DNA of 62,373 bases, counting the filler, from Rhabdomonas costata (taxonomy: Eukaryota): the NCBI GenBank assembly GCA_019059605.1. It is 29 parts of 29 records of this genome, joined end to end, with 100 filler letters (N's around TTAATTAATTAA, not from the genome) between each part and the next. Parts side by side here need not be neighbours in the genome. Positions count along the whole stretch, not along the records: positions 1 to 2,056 come from JAHMHO010006034.1; positions 2,157 to 4,209 come from JAHMHO010006035.1; positions 4,310 to 6,362 come from JAHMHO010006036.1; positions 6,463 to 8,514 come from JAHMHO010006037.1; positions 8,615 to 10,669 come from JAHMHO010006038.1; positions 10,770 to 12,832 come from JAHMHO010006039.1; 23 more parts are not named here. One strand, given 5' to 3'. Below, in pieces: positions 1 through 11,630 of the stretch (within the stretch, counting starts at the first letter, position 1; each line of letters begins with the position of its first letter). Position numbers and translations under genes: made by a program. Below the pieces are notes generated by a model, which had not been told where the DNA came from, made no database searches, and worked only from the letters and a program-made list of their open reading frames with translations.

Positions 1-1525
1 TGTGGGTCTTCCACGCACAGCTGGGAAAGCACCCGCGCAGCAAGAACCCGCTGCGCCACAACCTGAGAGACACAGAGCCAAAGGGGAAGAAGAAGGGAAC
101 TTCGGAGACTGCGAAGAGACGTCCCACTTCAACTTGGACGCAGTTTAAAAGGAAATGCGGGTAAGAACCTGGAAAAGGCAACGGGTGATGCTTCACGAAA
201 ACTTTTTGCGAGGGTGGTGCCCCAAAGCAACGCAGCGACTGTCACAAATGCTGTGGCTTGAAGACGGTGTTGCAGAGAAGACATGGTGAGGACACCAAAC
301 ACTTTCAAAAGCTCAAAATCTTCTTCATAAAAACATACACAAACACATACAACACTTTCAAAATGCAAACTCAATGATTTCAACGCCATGGTGTCCCCCC
401 CTAACTATCACCAGAAACTTCAAAACAAGTTCCGAGGGTGCCCTGAGAGAGCTTTGAGCGCTTTGAACCTGGCTGCGGAGGCCACAGAACAGCGCGTCGA
501 CCTTCTCCTCAACGGTGGCGGTCGGGCCACTGAGGCCCTCCTGGGACTCTTCCCAGGCGGCAGGGAGCTCTGCCACAGGGACGTATGGCGGAGCGGTGGG
601 AGGTGGCTTTGCGGTGGTCTCCAACTTGGGCTTCGTGCCGCATGTCGTTGTGCCGCCGTAGCTTCGCTGGGAGCGGTGCAGTGCCACGGGGAAAGCCCGT
701 CCGGCGACGCTCCATGGGAGGGCGTCTGCTCCACTGCGCGGCCCCACAATCTCGCGGAAGACGACCTTGGACAGCACTGCTGGCAAGGAGGCGTCGGCGC
801 GGTCAAGGCGATCTTGGGGGGTCTCGTCTTCGTCTTCCCCACCCTCCTCTTCAACTTCATCCTCCAGGGAATTCCCGCGAAGAAAGGAGGGAAGCAACAC
901 GGTACTCTACGTCTTCTTGGCAACCGGTTTGCTGTTCTTGAAGTTTTCTTCCAATGAAATAAGGCCAGTGGATGATAATAAAATTCGTATCTACGCTGCT
1001 CCTGTTAGCGATGTGAATAGACCGATCGAACTGGGGAGGGGAAGTGGTGCTACCCCCCCCCCCCCAAGAAAAAACGCGCGAGCAGCCTGCCACACAACGG
1101 TGCCGGCAACGCAGGACTTTCACCAGAGTGGCAGTGAGCACTTTTTCCAAATCGCCGGTGGAAGTGCAACCAAAGCGATCCACAACACCAAGAAGAACCA
1201 TTTGGGGCGTGCTACGAGCTTGGCCAATCGCCAAAACCACCTTATTATCTCTTTCCCTAGCGTGCAGCGGCCACCTAAAGCCTCCCTCCCTTTGCCGCAT
1301 GGTCTCCCTGAGCGTCTCTGCCTCCCCAGACAGCAGCATCCCTCCACCGTGAGCCTGGGCCAGAGCAGAGAACGAGGGCAGGGCCTCCCCGGGCTTCACC
1401 CCATGTCTCTCCCACAACTCCCGCCGAAGGCTGGCCTGTTCCTCGGTGAGTCCCCCAAGCTGAACAACATCGCGAGCAACTTCCCGCCGGGTACGAGGAC
1501 CGCTGGGAGGTTCTCCAGAGGACAT
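1..1525 (-). CDS. RPAP1/MINIYO-like protein, 5' part, 3 exons (partial)
   Basis: Exons 1525-1297 (MSSGEPP...ETM), 878-469 (RGNSLEDEVEEE...FPVALHRS...LRSQ) and 62-1 (VVAQRVLAARVLSQL). Intron 468-63 is GT-AG; intron 1296-879 is non-canonical. FPVAxHRS and LRSQVxAQRxLA resemble RPAP1/IYO motifs as I recall them, but their spacing is short. Confidence 0.45.
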
Positions 1526-2056
1526 TACCCCCAGACAAAGGCAGCAGAAGCAACAGAGAGAGAAAGATGCGAGACGGAGGGAGGGGTCAAGCTTGCTGGA
1601 AAAGGGAAAGGGGGCACACAGCCTCACACTTACACTGCCACCCCAGCCAAGGCCAAGCCTCCCAAGGCAACGACAAAAGAAACAACCAATTTGAGCTCCG
1701 GCAAGAATGATCTCGAATGCGCTGCATCGGGAGCGGCACACACAGCAGGGAGAAGTTGCACATTCCATCAATATACCCTGTAAACATACACCCTGAACTC
1801 AAGCACTATACGTCACGAAGAAAGTGCAAAATCAGAAACTTTCATATAACATGGAATTCCCCCCCCCCAAGCAATTCTATAGAGCAAATCACTTCCCAAT
1901 TCCTTCCTCATTTGTTTCCCCGAAAAGTTTCCATACTGCTCAGCAACGAGCATATCGAAACTGCAGGAACTGTTTTACCGTAAGAAGGGACATCGAACAA
2001 ATAGGTGACGCGCCGAGAAGCGCGAAGAAAAGAAAACAAAACGGAGACAAACAACA

Positions 2057-2156
2057 NNNNNNNNNNNNNNNNNNNNNNNNNNNNNNNNNNNNNNNNNNNN
2101 TTAATTAATTAANNNNNNNNNNNNNNNNNNNNNNNNNNNNNNNNNNNNNNNNNNNN
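2057..2156. other. Artificial contig-joining spacer (N44-TTAATTAATTAA-N44); first of 28
   Basis: The same 100-bp spacer, with stops in all six frames, starts at 2057, 4210, 6363, 8515, 10670, 12833, 14988, 17143, 19298, 21453, 23607, 25762, 27917, 30073, 32226, 34379, 36533, 38687, 40841, 42995, 45148, 47301, 49454, 51608, 53762, 55915, 58068 and 60221. Adjacent contigs are not genomically linked. Confidence 0.99.
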
Positions 2157-2435
2157 TTGTTTGGGTCACCGTGAGTGGGCACTTGCAGGTTGACTCTCAA
2201 TGTGTGGGCAAATTCCGAAGGCAAGACTTTGAAGGCAATCCGCTGCACAGCTCCCTCGTCTGCTCATCTGCTTTTTCCTTTTTCCTCCTTCTGTTCAATG
2301 GGGACCAATGACCCCTTTCGAGCTTCCTTCTGTGTGTTGACAGTTTGCATGTGTGTATGTATGATCGTGGATGCACAAGTGTTGTCTCACAATGTCGCGG
2401 ATGGGGTCCCCCCCCCTCATTGCCGCCTCCCTCTC

Positions 2436-3507
2436 TCACAAGTTGAGCTCCTCCGCCTCGTCATCGCGGGCGCAGGGCACGCTGTTGAGCCGAGGAGTAT
2501 CCTCGTCCTCGTGCGGGGTGGCATCGCCCGCCCGGCTGACGGTCAGGGCCTGATAGCGATTCACCAGCTGGGTGTGCCGCTGCACCACCATGAACAGCGC
2601 CGCAAACAGGGCACCCACCTAAATCGAACGCGAGGGAGTGTGATAGAGGGTGAAAGGGGCAACTCTGAGCTGAGTGGCTGACTGATCTCATGCTCTACTG
2701 GAGTTAATAGGGGCTACGTCAGAGGTGGGGAGAGGGGAAGGAGAGGTAGCCAGCCAGCGAGAGGCATCATCCAGCACATTACGAAATACACAGTCGGGCG
2801 CAATTCTTTTATGCGCGATCCTTCACACTGGCCCGCCGACAGTGAAAGACATTGTCCACTATCCCATAGAGCTGGTACCCGGCAATATGGCAACCGCTGT
2901 CCCAGAAGTCCCATACCACCACACGCGATGCCACAAGAAAACGCACCACTGAGCTTTCAATAGGATCGCTTCCAACCACAACCAAAAGCTACCGCGGAAT
3001 TCCACGTTGTTTCTGGCACGTGCTGTTACGTATATCGCACTCCGGCAACCTCCCATACCACGCCAATCACAAGGAGCACAGTCAGCGTGAACACGTTGAA
3101 GCCGAGCTCCACCTCCATGGACATCGAGCAAGACACCACTTGCACACGCGGCGGGGTTCCGCCGAAGCACTTCACCCCTAGACACCCCACCCCATTGCAA
3201 AAATCTTGTTTCAATGTCCAAGCCCCAAAGTCCAACAAAACAAGGACATCCACGGTCGAAAGCTGAAATGCTACCTTCGGTACCATCGTGCGCACGTTTT
3301 CTTCTTGGACTCAGGAACGTGTCGAAAAGCAGAACAGTGAAAAAAAAGTGCCATGCTTTTGGGTAATTGGGATATGTTAAGTTAATCATGGGTCAGTCAG
3401 TGTGAGAAATGCAACTGGGGGTCCCTGACAACATTTACCCACCCTTCGGTCGTTTAGCATTGTTAGACCAAGCATTGCCCACTTCGTGAAAGATACCAGC
3501 TCAGCCC
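2436..3507 (-). CDS. PqiA-like multi-pass membrane protein, 3' exons
   Basis: Exons ~3507-3470 (AELVSFTKWAML), ~3250-3071 (DVLVLL...VELGFNVFTLTVLL) and 2618-2436 (VGALFAALF...EELNL*). Splicing restores a KWAM[L/V]DV motif like PqiA KWSMLDV. Intron 3070-2619 is GT-AG. Confidence 0.5.
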
Positions 3508-5068
3508 CTGCTGCTGCGCCCTGGTTGCCCTCTGCCCCCCGAAAAGAATTCATGGGAGTCCTAACAGAGTAGTAGAAAGCGCATTGAAGTTCGGCGCAAG
3601 ACTGGATTCGTCCATGCAACCGTGTCCTTTATATGTCAGAGTTTGGTCCAATGTCTGTGAATCCCTTTTTTTGGTGGTGGTGGGTGGGTGGGTGGATCGA
3701 TGTCCCCTCCGATGGATCAGGCTAGACTCTGGCCTTGAACTCGCATCTGTGGTTGCTTGTGGGCATCTGCTGCAGAAACTGATGGCACCTCGAAACGGCA
3801 GGCGTCGTTTTGTCCTCTGCTTTTTTTTTCAGACAACGCTGAACTGATTCGCGTTATACTTGCTGCGACACCCGGGCTGTTCGACGCGGCTGTTGCTGCG
3901 GTATACTCTGCGACGTCTTGTTTTTTACCCCGCCATGTATGTGTGTACAATGCCTTCGTGTAATTTGCCGCGTTAATTGTGTCTTTTCGAGGTGGACAAT
4001 GCCCCAGCACGGTCCGGGGCACACACTAGCTTTTTTAAAAAGTAAATCCTCTCTCTCTCTCTCACGGGCTCTTCTTCTTTGCTTGTTAGATACTCGGGCG
4101 GCGCTGCATTAGACCCCGGGGTTTCTAGGGGAGGGCCTCCCAGCAGGCAATCTCTCTCCGGGCATCTGATGCGCAAACCTTCGACGGGAAGGCAATACTT
4201 CGGTTGAGTNNNNNNNNNNNNNNNNNNNNNNNNNNNNNNNNNNNNNNNNNNNNTTAATTAATTAANNNNNNNNNNNNNNNNNNNNNNNNNNNNNNNNNNN
4301 NNNNNNNNNGGGTGGTTGGATTAGAAAACATTCATTGAGTTAAGATCTTTGCAGGCAGTTAGAGTGCATCTTGGGTCGCCGAGCGCAACGGTGCTTTCAT
4401 GCGCCGAGCTCCCATGCCATCTCTTCTTCGGCGGTTACGCGATATTTGTTGTGGTGGTAATTTGTTCGCTTACCCCAAAATGGCAAAAAAAAAATCTACA
4501 GTCGAAGCTTTTACATTCCGAACACGAACCCAGGATTTCGTTCCGTCACCGCAACACTATGTGCGAATTACCTGTGGCCCCCGTGGTACCGGTGGTTCCA
4601 CAACGCAGGCTGCCATCGGTCGATAGCCAATCAACCAATCAGCGCCAGCCAATCAGCCAATCGGGTACAACAGCTAGCGTGCTTTCGCGCAACACACAGT
4701 GAGGAGTTACCCTAAAATTCATGACTGCTCTCTCCATTGCATGAATGCAATGGGCGGCGGGTGCCCATGTATGGGCAAACGTATCTGACCGTAAATAGTG
4801 GTCACGCTGAAATGTTTTTCAAATTGAAGCAATGGATATTTCTTCACTTTCTTTGAGTTTTGGTCAGAAGCGGTTCTGGCGAAGCGGGAGTCAGTCCAGC
4901 ACCAAACCGGCCCACTGCACGGCAGACGCGACCATCCACAGCTCCGCCCCTCGGCCAGCCAGGCCTCCATCCCAGATCGACCTCGCCTGACTGCCTAAAC
5001 TTCCCTCGGACATTCCCATTATCATTGTATGCACCATTGCATACTAGGCCAGCTCCCTCTGCGCTCAG

Positions 5069-6183
5069 GTTTGCCGTGCGGCAGTTTGTGTTCGTGATGG
5101 TAGTGCTTTCCGTGGTAGAGCTGATCCTGTTTGAGCTGGGGCTATACACGGAGGGCCACTGGAGTGCCTCCGACGGCTACCCGTACTGTGCGGTGGTGAA
5201 GCTGTTCTCCGTGGTGTTTGCGATGAAGCACCTGATCTGGTTCTACCTGTGCTTGAAGGAGGAGCTGGCGGGGTGCCGGCCCCTGCCCAAGCTGCTGTGC
5301 ATCAAGGGGGTGGTCTTCCTGACCTTCATTCAAGGCTGGGTGTTGGCATTCTTTGTGAAGGTTAAGGTGATCCGGCCCCGAGGAAACTTTACGGGTGTGC
5401 TGCATGTTTGTGTGCGTGCGTGTGCGTTTTCATGCCGTGAAGGCCCGACGTGGAGGATTGCAGACTTCTGGAGTTGCGTAAGATCACGATGGCTGAAGGT
5501 ACACTGTGAAAGGGCGCCGACGAAGCTGCAACCCATTCCATGCAGCAGCACTTTAGTGAGGACAGGTGTTCGAGGGCAGTGGCAGTGAATGGTACTACGG
5601 CAGAACGTGGGAATAGCTATCATTTGGTGCACTTCCCAGTGGAGGCTCCTGCATGGATTGGATTGGGGCGGGGTGGGCGCAGCCCTCTCTTTCTCTCTTG
5701 CTGTGTCTCGTGCCTGTGGGGATTTTCCTTCTCTCTTGAATGGAATTCTTGGCCGCGCGCTTTGCATTAGTTTTTCGCGTTGTGCTGCTGAACACGTAGC
5801 ATTATTGATGACCTCCTTTCCAGGTAAGATGGGGTTCTTCTCTCCCTGTCTTCATCCCTTTGCTGTTCTCCGCATAAAAGACTTTTGGTTGTCCCAAAAC
5901 GTGTCGACCGGTCGTGACTATTTTCTGTGATGGCACAGGTCTCGTAGCCTTCTTTGTCCACCCTGTTACAAATTCACACAGAGGCGGACGTTTCTCTGGC
6001 GTGGCAGAACTACCTTCTCTGCCTGGAGATGCTCGTGTTCTCCATACTACACTGCTTCTACTTTCCCCACGATGAGTACAAGCGGAACCCCGGTCCCGGT
6101 GCCGAGGGAACGGTGGCTGGCACTCCCGTGGGGTCGGCGACGCCTCAAGCTCACGGCGAGGACTTCGCCTTCCGGCAATCCTC
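5069..6183 (+). CDS. TMEM184 / organic solute transporter OST-alpha family protein, internal exons
   Basis: Exons 5069-5394 and 5982-6183 joined by a GT-AG intron. Family motifs RPLPKLLCIKGVVFLTFIQG and QNYLLCLEM...LH..YFP..EY are present. Confidence 0.9.
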
Positions 6184-6226
6184 GTAAGAACAGTTGCTTT
6201 TCCAGTCGAGCCGTTCCCAGACGGGC

Positions 6227-6360
6227 GTGGGGATAGAAAAACTGATGTCCTTGCGCCACAAGACAGTAAGAGGGGCGGAGGAGGACGGGGAGTAGATAGG
6301 AGCCGTTTCGGTTCCCTAAGCTGTCTTGTGGCGCAAGGACATCAGTTTTTCTACCCCCAC
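6227..6360. repeat. 40-bp inverted repeat at contig end (probable amplification fold-back)
   Basis: 6227-6266 versus 6321-6360: 39 of 40 positions complementary; the right arm ends 2 nt from the contig end. Confidence 0.9.
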
Positions 6361-6770
6361 AANNNNNNNNNNNNNNNNNNNNNNNNNNNNNNNNNNNNNN
6401 NNNNNNTTAATTAATTAANNNNNNNNNNNNNNNNNNNNNNNNNNNNNNNNNNNNNNNNNNNNGGGTTTGTTCGTGTCGCGTTTCGGGGAGGACAGCAAAC
6501 CCAACTGCACAAGGTCGCTGCTATTTCATGGCAATATATCCTCAAACAACCCTTGGCAATTAGCCCCGAGAGAAATGGGTGCACCTTGTTGGCCGAGAAA
6601 ATAGAACGTAAATGTGAGACACAATTCGACCGCGTCACCACGTCGTCCACGAAGAACTGGGTCGTCTTTACCCAGTACTTTCCCATCGCCCCAGCACCCC
6701 ACTGGTCCGGGTGCTAGTACAGCTTATGCTCACAGCTGCTCTCTCAATGGTGCAGGCACGGGGGAAGAAC

Positions 6771-8013
6771 CTGAGTGTATCTTTTTCGTTTGGCGGCGAG
6801 CACCAGCTGCATCACTTCTCGGACGGAGTCCAGCAGGAACAGGTGGTTGTGGTGGACGTGGGGCTCCGTTGGGCACTCTCCCTCCTGAATCCCACCACCC
6901 CCACTTAATACGGCCACCGGGAAGAGCAAATCAACGAAAGCGCACAGAACAACCCAGCACAACTCCCTAAATTCCTCGTCCAAAGAGTGAACGCCTGAAG
7001 GGATGACATCGACACGAGTTCAGTGGTGCAACGTCCCTGCCAGAAGTGCGGCCGCGGTATTCATCTCGTGGGGACAGCATGCATCGAAAAAAAACCCTCG
7101 CGCCTCAAAAGTTTTTTTTCACATTTGGCACACAACATAATCCTTCAAAGCAAGGTAGCGGTAAAAGAGGGGCTGCGGAGTCCCAAAAATGCACTATATA
7201 CTCAAACAGGTGGAATGGTGTAGAAAGGAGCACAAGGACAATCAAACGAAAGGAGAAAAAGACAAGTTTTTTTTTTTGAAAGAAATGACCTCTCGTGGCA
7301 ATTCATCAAGTTAACAAGTGAGCAAGGCAAGAGGAGAGCTGATGAAGGTCCATCGTAAACTGAATAACAGTAGCATGGGGTGTGTGGAACATCAAGAAAA
7401 TAATAGAGAAGTTCAAAAGTTCTCGAAAAACGGAAAGACAAATTGCAGCAGTAGCAGCGAGGGCCGAGCGGTTGCTTCGATCAAAACAGACAAACATAAC
7501 CACCACCACCACCACCATCAAAACCTGCTGCTTCTCACAAATGTAGCACAGGGAAGCAATCCTACGCCGCTCCTCCTTGTACTCTTGCTGCTCCTTCGAA
7601 ACCCTGAGGAGAGGGAAGGGGGGCGCACCCAGTAGTACCGCATGTGTGGACGGACTACCCGCAGGTAATTAAGAGAGATGCTCCGTACGCCATAAAGGCG
7701 AGCTGCACGCAATACACATCCAACAAGAAGATTGGGATGTTCAAGCACACGGGATGAAAGTATGTGCCATGTACGCTTGACAATTTAGCTTAACGTTAAG
7801 TTTTTTTTAGCTTCGCTTCCGGGCAAGAACTGCAGTTCGTTAGTGCTCATCTAACCATGCCAATCCCCCATCAAGAAAATCAAAAGGGGTCGTGCACCGG
7901 TGCAAAATAAACAAAGCAAAACCAGCAAGCACCTCGAGCGGAGATTCGCCAGATGAGCTTGCTCCTGCTCCGATAATGACCGCGCGGAGGAAGCCTGCAT
8001 CAGCTCAAAATAC
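6771..8013 (-). CDS. Hypothetical multi-exon protein (helical/coiled-coil)
   Basis: AG/GT-bounded exons 8013-7933 and 7603-7566 splice in frame (YFELMQASSARSLSEQEQAHLANLRSRVSKEQQEYKEER). A further exon 6884-6771 reads EGECPTEPHVHHNHLFLLDSVREVMQLVLAAKRKRYTQ; its phase link to the others is unresolved. Confidence 0.5.
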
Positions 8014-8696
8014 CTGTGAGAAAAACATAAAAAACAGGAAAAAACCTAAATATACTTAAATAAATAAGTGACAGATCAACTCATAAAAGATTGTATTACG
8101 AATCAATTGTAGGGAAAGAACTCATGACAAGGTTCTGACGAGATTTGCCATCTGTTGGTCATAAAATCCTTCAATTATACACCAACCCTGGGAATCAGAC
8201 AATTCCCGCGATCCTCACGTGGTAATCATGGATATGGAAATAAGCAGAAAAAAGATTCTGTGCTGCCCGTCCGCCCTGCCCTGGTCGATGTTGGGCACAA
8301 AATACAGAGGGTTCACCGTTTCGTAACAAGTATTGATCACATGCAGGGGAAGGTGGTCCGACATTCAGGGAGAATTGCAGGCCTCCCTTTAAGGCTCCAT
8401 AAGAAGTAGAGAATAGCACCAAGACATAAAACGAACATCACGAAATGACGAATGGGATAACACGATTTCCTAGCTGCATGCAAGAACGCACCATAACAGT
8501 GTTATTGTCCCTCANNNNNNNNNNNNNNNNNNNNNNNNNNNNNNNNNNNNNNNNNNNNTTAATTAATTAANNNNNNNNNNNNNNNNNNNNNNNNNNNNNN
8601 NNNNNNNNNNNNNNGTTGGGTTGGATCATGAGGGAGAAAGGGAGATGGAGGATGAGGATGGGAGGGGAGGGGGCTGAAAACTCGGCTGAAACAAAC

Positions 8697-10470
8697 CTTG
8701 CGCAGCTCACGGCTTTCCTCGACAATGCCAAAGTAGGGTAAAACCTCCCGAAGGTGGATAAACATTGCCCGCGTCCAGCTTAATGCACGCTCCTATGTGA
8801 GAGGGGAGGCAAATATCTGCCAACTGCCCTGCAACTGCCAAAAGCTACGCCTCACCCGTGAAAGCACAAATAAAAAATACAAAAGCCAAATAAACGTACA
8901 CTTCCAGAATTGTGGACGAAGAGTGGACTAGAAAAAACCCTGGGGGTCAAGTTTGAGGAAGGACCTCAGAGCAAGGAAATATCACTAACGAAATTGAAAA
9001 TGGACAAAGACGACTGTGGTATTGCACAAGATAGGGGAGCATCGTGAATCCAGGTTGAGGGAACAACAAAGGCAGAGGGTATAGAGGAGAGCACTGCCTC
9101 CGCGGTGTCGCCCGTGGAGGTGATCTGGGGCCACTCCGGGTACAGCGAAAGAAACAGGTCATTCTTGAGGTCACACACGAGCTTCTCATACTCCTCCCTC
9201 GGAAGCTCCAAGAAAACAAGGTCCCCAGGCAAAACGTTGGACAGACGACTTCTTCGTCTGCAACATCCAAACCAGAATAAAAAAAATAAAACAGAACAAA
9301 TGAACAAAGGGCGATTCCACGCCAGACCGAAATGTCCTTCAGGAAGGCCATCCGGTCCAAGTCAAACGTCGCGATGGCGTCGGAGAGCTCCACGGCGACC
9401 TGCACGTCATCCAGCTGCCGGCGCATGTCTCGCAGCCGAGCCTGAATTTTCCTGCCCAAAAAGCCAAGAAAGAAAATAAGTGAAAAGCCACAGCTTGTAA
9501 CTCCGAAGTCCGCAAAGGAACCACCATCAATGAGATAAAGAAACACCCCCCACCCCAAAATTCACATCTGCCCCAAAATGCTGAAGAAAAAACACTAAGA
9601 AAAACAGAAACAGCATGTACCGCCAAACACAATAGGATACGCCCCCAGCAACGAGCAGGAAGGCAGCGATGGGCACTAGGATGGGGACCAGGTTGAGACC
9701 CGGGGGTGGGGGCAGCGGTGGAATCAAGGGCTTCCCAGCACAGGTCAGCGTGCGCAGCACAGCGGTGAGCTGGTCGGACTCCTCCCCCAAAGCCGCAGCG
9801 AAGCCCAGGGATTCCATCTGCACAGAGACAAAAGAAAGAGCGACCTGGCGATCTCCTCCATACTGACAAGAAATTTAATGGCCCGAGACCAACATCAAGC
9901 TCACCGGAAAACAATCAATTGGGAACACATATGGGTATATCATCCACGAGACATTGCAGTTGTCACTGGGGTTATCTCGCTTACAGTTCCCATCTCGGGA
10001 TGCGAACCACACGGAGGTCCTCCAAAGACCCAATGGCTGGACTTGCAGCACCCAAGCACTCAAGGAGATCCCAATGAATTCCTAATCCAGTGTAATCAAG
10101 CGGGAAAAAATCTCGTCCATTCAGACGAGACCAGCTCCGACGATATGGTCAAGGGGATATGGAAATGCCTCTGGGCATAACTCAAGACAAACTCCCGCTA
10201 ATGGCGATGAGAGCACACCTCCACTCCCAAAATCACTCGGGTCAGGGCCAGTGGCCGGAGGCCCCCATTCAATCATCCAAATCAAACCAAAAATACTAAT
10301 CCACCCAGCGCATACCAGCTCAGAGGCTGTGACGTTGGTGGAGGACCAATGAATGAACTCCACCAGGGCAGCGGCGGGGGCGCAGTTGGGGCCGGGCACC
10401 ACCCGCCGCAGCACAATGCTGGAGAACACCACAATGGGGTAAGCCCCTTCGATGTTGGTGTTCATAACGT
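8697..10470 (-). CDS. Single-pass receptor with PstS-like (PBP2) ectodomain, probably a receptor adenylyl cyclase (partial)
   Basis: Exons 10470-10316 (GAYPIVVFSSIVL...ALVEFIHW, like the PstS C-terminal AYPI motif), 9817-9621 (Pro linker plus TM helix LVPILVPIAAFLLVAGGVSYCVW), 9451-9328 (VAVELSDAIATFDLDRMAFLKDI), ~9205-9098 and 8792-8697. The cyclase domain itself is not on this contig. Confidence 0.7.
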
Positions 10471-10815
10471 CTGCGAAAGAAGAGAAAAGAGAAAGAAGCG
10501 ATGAAGAAGTCAAACACTCAACACACGCACACCGCATCCCCAAATCCCCCCGCGAGCCAAGTTACTGGGCGACATTTACATTGCTCTCGTGTGCAGATGT
10601 GCAGGTTTGTTTCACTGCTGATGTTCCCTTTTCTTCTCACCTCGAGCGCACGCTTGGGTGAGACAAAAANNNNNNNNNNNNNNNNNNNNNNNNNNNNNNN
10701 NNNNNNNNNNNNNTTAATTAATTAANNNNNNNNNNNNNNNNNNNNNNNNNNNNNNNNNNNNNNNNNNNNGGTTGTGGGTTGGGGCACCCTCAACCCCAAA
10801 GCCGAAGCCCCAGGT

Positions 10816-10819
10816 GCGT

Positions 10820-10850
<31 letters not shown>
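10816..10850. repeat. (GT)n microsatellite
   Basis: Near-perfect GT run; a (CT)n run also lies at ~11849-11871. Confidence 0.9.
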
Positions 10851-11630
10851 CCACTCGTTTCACTATATCTGTCCTTATCTTTCACCCACCACCGTTTTTT
10901 TCTGGACGCTTGCGACAACCCCGAAATCGAATGCAGGCTGATTTCCTCGCGGTGGAGGTTATGTTTCTTTTTTGTTATCAAGCAAAGTGGTAGTCTCACT
11001 GAACTATGCACGTGTGTGTTGTTATTGTTGTTCGGATTCGGTACAATTACCCTCAGTCGCTGGGGACTTGGCCAATTTAAAGGGAGTGCCCAGGAGCACG
11101 TCTTGGTGGGACGAATGCTTCCCGTACGACCTGCACACCGGCTGAGCCTCCTTTGCAGATTGCAATTCCGGTGATTAGTTCCCAAGGCATCACGAACAAC
11201 CCCATTTTTACATTCCATTAGATCCCGAGTCGAAGAGTTCTTTACCTTTATGGGCGCCTGTCATCTGTCATGTGAGGTTAATGCGGGCTTTCAACGGAGG
11301 GTCGTTTCATTCCTATTTCCAATCCCATGATGGGTATCCCGAGATTCCGGAACGGAGAAGGGAGCCAACGGACCCTCAAGATTTGCTCGTTCTGAGGAAG
11401 AAGCAAGCACGGCACCGGCCGTGGCAGTGGACGAATGGCGTTGTGTTTTCAGCGAACCCAAAGAACCACAGGAAGAAGAACAGGAAGAAGAACAGAGAGC
11501 CTTTCTCTATTGTCGTCGGAGTCCACGCAATTTGCAGGTAGCTTGGCTTCGAAAGTTGAAAGTTGTCAATTAGTTGTGTTCGTGGATGCATGTATTGTTT
11601 CCGTACGGGGCATATGCCACCCATCCACAG

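Noticed and set aside
767-1783. 338-aa plus-strand ORF and similar long ORFs (388-957, 56572-57249)
   Set aside because: These are antisense shadows of GC-rich minus-strand exons and have no motifs of their own.
2101-2112. Regularly spaced TTAATTAATTAA palindrome about every 2.15 kb, suggesting an array or nanochromosome ends
   Set aside because: Always flanked by 44 N on each side; it is a synthetic six-frame-stop linker.
8014-8257. Possible non-GT donor upstream of the 8013 exon, with CACAG repeated at both junctions
   Set aside because: End-pairing is weak and the upstream exon has no homology support.
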